In this document: positions 60,863 through 64,000 of the stretch, in pieces
Position numbering within the stretch: position 1 is the first letter of the stretch
How the letters are laid out: the number at the start of each line of letters is the position of its first letter
NCBI GenBank assembly: GCA_963666275.2
Contig: CAXXOA010000001.1
Span: 1,376,001 to 1,440,000 of the forward strand
DNA: 64,000 bases
DNA from: Oceanispirochaeta sp.
GTDB lineage: Bacteria; Spirochaetota; Spirochaetia; DSM-2461
Direction: 5' to 3'
The notes under the pieces: generated by a model
What the model was told of the DNA's origin: nothing
Seen by the model: the letters and a program-made list of their open reading frames with translations, nothing else
Databases searched by the model: none
Program-made: the position numbers and the translations under genes

Positions 60863-61432
60863 ATGAAACTGGTAATGCTGGGCGGGACTTTCAACCCGCC
60901 CCACAAAGGTCATCTGGCAATGGCGGATCAGGTCAGAAGGAGCTGCGGGTATGATAAAGTTGTACTCGTGCCCTCTTTTCAGCCTGCCCATAAGAGTGTT
61001 TCCATGGGAGTTTCCCCGGATCAGCGCCTTAGAATGACAGAACTGGCATCCCGTGAAATTGAAAAGGCTTTTGTTTCGGACTGTGAAATCCGGCGCAAAG
61101 GCGTCTCCTACAGTCTGGATACGATCCGGTATCTGAAGAATCATTACGAGATTGAGGGCAGGCCCGGACTGATAATCGGGGATGATCTTGTTCCGGGGTT
61201 CTCCCGTTGGCACAAAGCGGAGATTCTGGCTCAGGAAGCTGATATTATTATTCTTCACAGGGACGACTCGGGGGATCTGGATTTTCCCTATCCCCATAGG
61301 TATGTATCCAACTCAATGGTAAACCTGTCCTCCTCTCTAATACGGGAGAAGATCGGGGCCGGGATCAGTGTGAAGGAGGATCTTCCTCTCTCTGTGATTG
61401 AGTATATTCGAAAGGAAGGACTGTACCTTTGA
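60863..61432 (+). CDS. nadD: nicotinate-nucleotide adenylyltransferase
   Basis: GGTFNPPHKGH, LSSSLIR. Confidence 0.93.
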   Translation: MKLVMLGGTFNPPHKGHLAMADQVRRSCGYDKVVLVPSFQPAHKSVSMGVSPDQRLRMTELASREIEKAFVSDCEIRRKGVSYSLDTIRYLKNHYEIEGRPGLIIGDDLVPGFSRWHKAEILAQEADIIILHRDDSGDLDFPYPHRYVSNSMVNLSSSLIREKIGAGISVKEDLPLSVIEYIRKEGLYL

Positions 61433-61989
61433 ATCGTCAGTTCTATATAGATGCCCTGGAAAAAATGCTGAAGCCCCCCCGGTTTCAGCACTCTCTCAGG
61501 AGTGCGGATACGGCGGTGGAGCTGGCAGAACGCTATGGGGCGGATACAGAAAAAGCCTGGCTGGCGGGTCTTCTTCATGACATCTCCCGCGGGCAGGACA
61601 GAGACACTATCACATCCTGGGCCCTGGCGGACAAAGGGGCTCTGACTGATTATGACACAGAGCATTTCAATGTACTCCACAGTTATGCCAGTGCCTGGTA
61701 CTGCCGGCAGAATCTGGATATCAGTGATAATTCTGTCCTGAATGCCATCCGTTTTCATACCACCGGTTCCCCCGGCATGGATCTGCTGGCAAAAGTTGTG
61801 TTTGCCGCAGACTATATGGAGCCCGGAAGAGATCATCTGTCTCAGATTCTACTGAAACAGCTGAGAAGTCTGTCCATTGATGATCTTGTTCTGGTGATAC
61901 TTGAAAAAACAGAGATCTATTTGCTCGAAAAAAATATTCCCATTGCGCCGGAAAGCAGGGAGTTGTACAGACAGTTGTCAAAACGGTAA
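61429..61989 (+). CDS. yqeK: YqeK HD-domain Ap4A hydrolase family
   Basis: RFQHS, LLHD, LHS, HTTG, ADYMEPGR. Confidence 0.9.
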   Translation: MNRQFYIDALEKMLKPPRFQHSLRSADTAVELAERYGADTEKAWLAGLLHDISRGQDRDTITSWALADKGALTDYDTEHFNVLHSYASAWYCRQNLDISDNSVLNAIRFHTTGSPGMDLLAKVVFAADYMEPGRDHLSQILLKQLRSLSIDDLVLVILEKTEIYLLEKNIPIAPESRELYRQLSKR

Positions 61990-62001
61990 GATAGCAGGTG
62001 T

Positions 62002-63180
62002 ATGAAAGAGACTAGAAGGATTGACTTTTCCCTTGTGTTATTGTTGCTTATTTTTCTCATTCTCATTGGATTGGGGGTTTTTGTCCTCTTTTCCATGAAA
62101 ATTGATGATTACAAAGAGATGGTCAATGACAACAGACTGATTTCCATTGCTCTTATTATTGAAGAGGACGAGCGGCCTCTGGTGACGGAGCTGTTCTATT
62201 ATCATCCCCAGACCCGGAAAGGCGCCCTTCTGAACCTTCCCGAAAATACAGGTTCCATCATCAGATCTCTCAATCGGGTGGACCGTATTGATGTTGTATA
62301 CGATACAGACCAGCGAAGCGAGTATCTCAGGCAGGTAGCCACTCTTACGGGGATAGAATCGGACTTCCATCTGGTCCTTTCAACGGAGCAGCTCAGAAGA
62401 CTGGTGGATTATCTGGAAGGCGTAGAGATCTTCCTTTCCAATCCTGTGGATCTCGAAACCCCCTCCGGCAGGATCCTTCTTCCTTCGGGCAGTGTTACTC
62501 TGGATGGGGACAAAGCCCTGGAGTACCTTGGGTATCAGGTGGAAGGAGAGTCCGTCAGCGACAGGATCCGCCGGGAACATGAACTTGTCCTCGGAATACT
62601 GAGAAAGATCAATCAGCTCTATTCTCCGGCCTTTGCGGACAATCTGATGACCTATCTCTATCCGGACTTCAAGACGGACATGGATGAAAAATCCTTTCTC
62701 TCCTTTCTTTCGGAACTTTCTTCACTGGAAGTGGACAGAATGGTTTTTCAGGAAGTGCTGGGAACCCGGAGGAGGGTGGATGATCAGATTCTGCTCTTTC
62801 CCCATTACGATGGCAAGCTTCTGAAAGAAACTGTGAAGCAGATGGAGGACTCTCTGTCGGACTTCGATGTTCTGAAGGATGAGCAGCTTGTTGTCTCCCT
62901 TGAGATTCAGAATGGAACGAACAGGAGTGGTCTGGCGGGCAGGACCGCAGAGATTTTCAAGAGTTACGGTTATCAGATAGCTTCGGTAAAGAATGCCGAT
63001 TCAAATAAATACGAATCCACTGTGATCCTTGATAAAAAGGGTGATCCCGCTGCGGTTCAGCGGGTTGCGAATCTTATCAAATGCACAAGGATCCATACAG
63101 AAGTGGATCGCAACAGAGATGAAACGGTAGATATTATAGTTATTTTAGGAAAGGATTTTGATGGAAGATATGTCAAATAA
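62002..63180 (+). CDS. LCP-family protein with LytR C-terminal domain
   Basis: N-terminal TM; LDGDKALEYL..RIRR; NGTNRSGLA...ILGKDF. Confidence 0.85.
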   Translation: MKETRRIDFSLVLLLLIFLILIGLGVFVLFSMKIDDYKEMVNDNRLISIALIIEEDERPLVTELFYYHPQTRKGALLNLPENTGSIIRSLNRVDRIDVVYDTDQRSEYLRQVATLTGIESDFHLVLSTEQLRRLVDYLEGVEIFLSNPVDLETPSGRILLPSGSVTLDGDKALEYLGYQVEGESVSDRIRREHELVLGILRKINQLYSPAFADNLMTYLYPDFKTDMDEKSFLSFLSELSSLEVDRMVFQEVLGTRRRVDDQILLFPHYDGKLLKETVKQMEDSLSDFDVLKDEQLVVSLEIQNGTNRSGLAGRTAEIFKSYGYQIASVKNADSNKYESTVILDKKGDPAAVQRVANLIKCTRIHTEVDRNRDETVDIIVILGKDFDGRYVK

Positions 63181-63532
63181 GAGTGTGTGGCAGGATATTG
63201 TTGATGTAGTGCTGGATGCCAAAGGCGTGGATCCGGTTGTTCTGGATATGAGCCATCAGTGCTCCTGGGGGGATTACATGGTTATTGTGACCGCCGGCAG
63301 CAGAATGCATATGAAGGGTATATACGGTCGAATAACAGAATACCTGAAAGAAAGGGATGATATCGCAATGCATAATCATCCGGAAACAAAGCAGGAGGAC
63401 CGCTGGATTCTGGTTGATATGGGATCAGTGGTCGTTCATATCATGACAAGTGAAGCCAGAGAGTATTACAGTCTGGAAGATGTCTGGTTTGAATCACCGG
63501 TGCTTTTCAGAGAACAGGCACCGGCAGGATAA
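63158..63532 (+). CDS. rsfS: ribosome silencing factor
   Basis: WILVDMGSVVVHIM...REYYSLEDVW. Confidence 0.93.
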   Translation: MMEDMSNKSVWQDIVDVVLDAKGVDPVVLDMSHQCSWGDYMVIVTAGSRMHMKGIYGRITEYLKERDDIAMHNHPETKQEDRWILVDMGSVVVHIMTSEAREYYSLEDVWFESPVLFREQAPAG

Positions 63533-63539
63533 GCAGGTT

Positions 63540-63812
63540 TCAGTCTTCCAGGTCGTCGTAGTCTTCCAACTCGTCGGCGGACTCGTTAACAGGGATTTCC
63601 CTGTCCTGGAAGTCTTCCTGGTCATGGTCGTCTGATAGATCCTCATCATAACTGTCATCAAGTTCTGAATGAGCAATCCCGTCGTCATAATCACTGTCCA
63701 TTGCCTGGTCGAATTCGTCTATATTCTCTTCGAATATATCGTCTTCATCAAAATCAAAATAACAGGACTCGTCTTCGGATAGTGTGTCTATACCGGAATC
63801 GGACTGGTACAT
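63540..63812 (-). CDS. very acidic hypothetical protein (90 aa)
   Basis: about 41 of 90 residues D/E by manual count; start MYQSD inferred. Confidence 0.65.
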   Translation of the reverse strand: MYQSDSGIDTLSEDESCYFDFDEDDIFEENIDEFDQAMDSDYDDGIAHSELDDSYDEDLSDDHDQEDFQDREIPVNESADELEDYDDLED

Positions 63813-63917
63813 TAAAATCGTAACCCTCTGAATTTTTTGTAGAAATGGAATAATCGATTCATAGCATTTTTTTCCCTTATTGCCAACCGTCGACGAATAA
63901 TTTAGAATAAATTTATT

Positions 63918-64000
63918 ATGAATGATGCAAATTTTGATCAACTGTTGAAACTGGCATTGAGTGAAGATCTGGGTGATGTGGGCGATGTGACATCCAGAGC
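63918..64000 (+). CDS. nadC: 5' end (partial) of probable nicotinate-nucleotide pyrophosphorylase
   Basis: MNDANFDQLLKLALSEDLGDVGDVTS matches the ALxED...GDxT N-terminus. Confidence 0.75.
   Translation, partial: MNDANFDQLLKLALSEDLGDVGDVTSR

Noticed and set aside
179..61297. Long antisense ORFs such as 3588-4982, 19696-21177, 29377-30978, 47375-49072 and 57079-58353
   Set aside because: They are shadows opposite well-conserved genes and carry no motifs
1..64000. CRISPR array, prophage or recognisable defence island
   Set aside because: No repeat-spacer array, cas, phage or restriction genes recognised

Overview
Ordinary chromosomal region of an anaerobic spirochaete-like bacterium (inferred from a DUF5312-type protein, the flgF-flgG-short flgJ layout and the rplU-prp-rpmA-obg-nadD-yqeK-LCP-rsfS order). 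It holds a hydC-hydB-hydA [FeFe]-hydrogenase operon coupled to nfnAB, gatCAB with a non-discriminating aspS, asnS, a pterin cluster (folM-folB/X-folK-folE), a CBS-pyrophosphatase, a DEAD helicase, carAB, cimA, argS, tRNA-Gln(CUG), tRNA-Glu(CUC) and one intact IS1182-family element inserted in a terminator loop. Best candidates for novelty: (1) a divergent lipid locus (fatty-acid kinase fusion, PlsY, PlsC, lipocalin, DUF1295) around an XRE-HTH regulator with a CarH-type adenosylcobalamin photosensor module; (2) a preQ1-III-like double-pseudoknot leader before a YhhQ-family transporter; (3) a J-domain protein with tandem MshEN-like repeats; (4) a sigma54 promoter before an RpoS-like sigma factor. 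All calls come from reading motifs by eye; no searches or folding programs were run.
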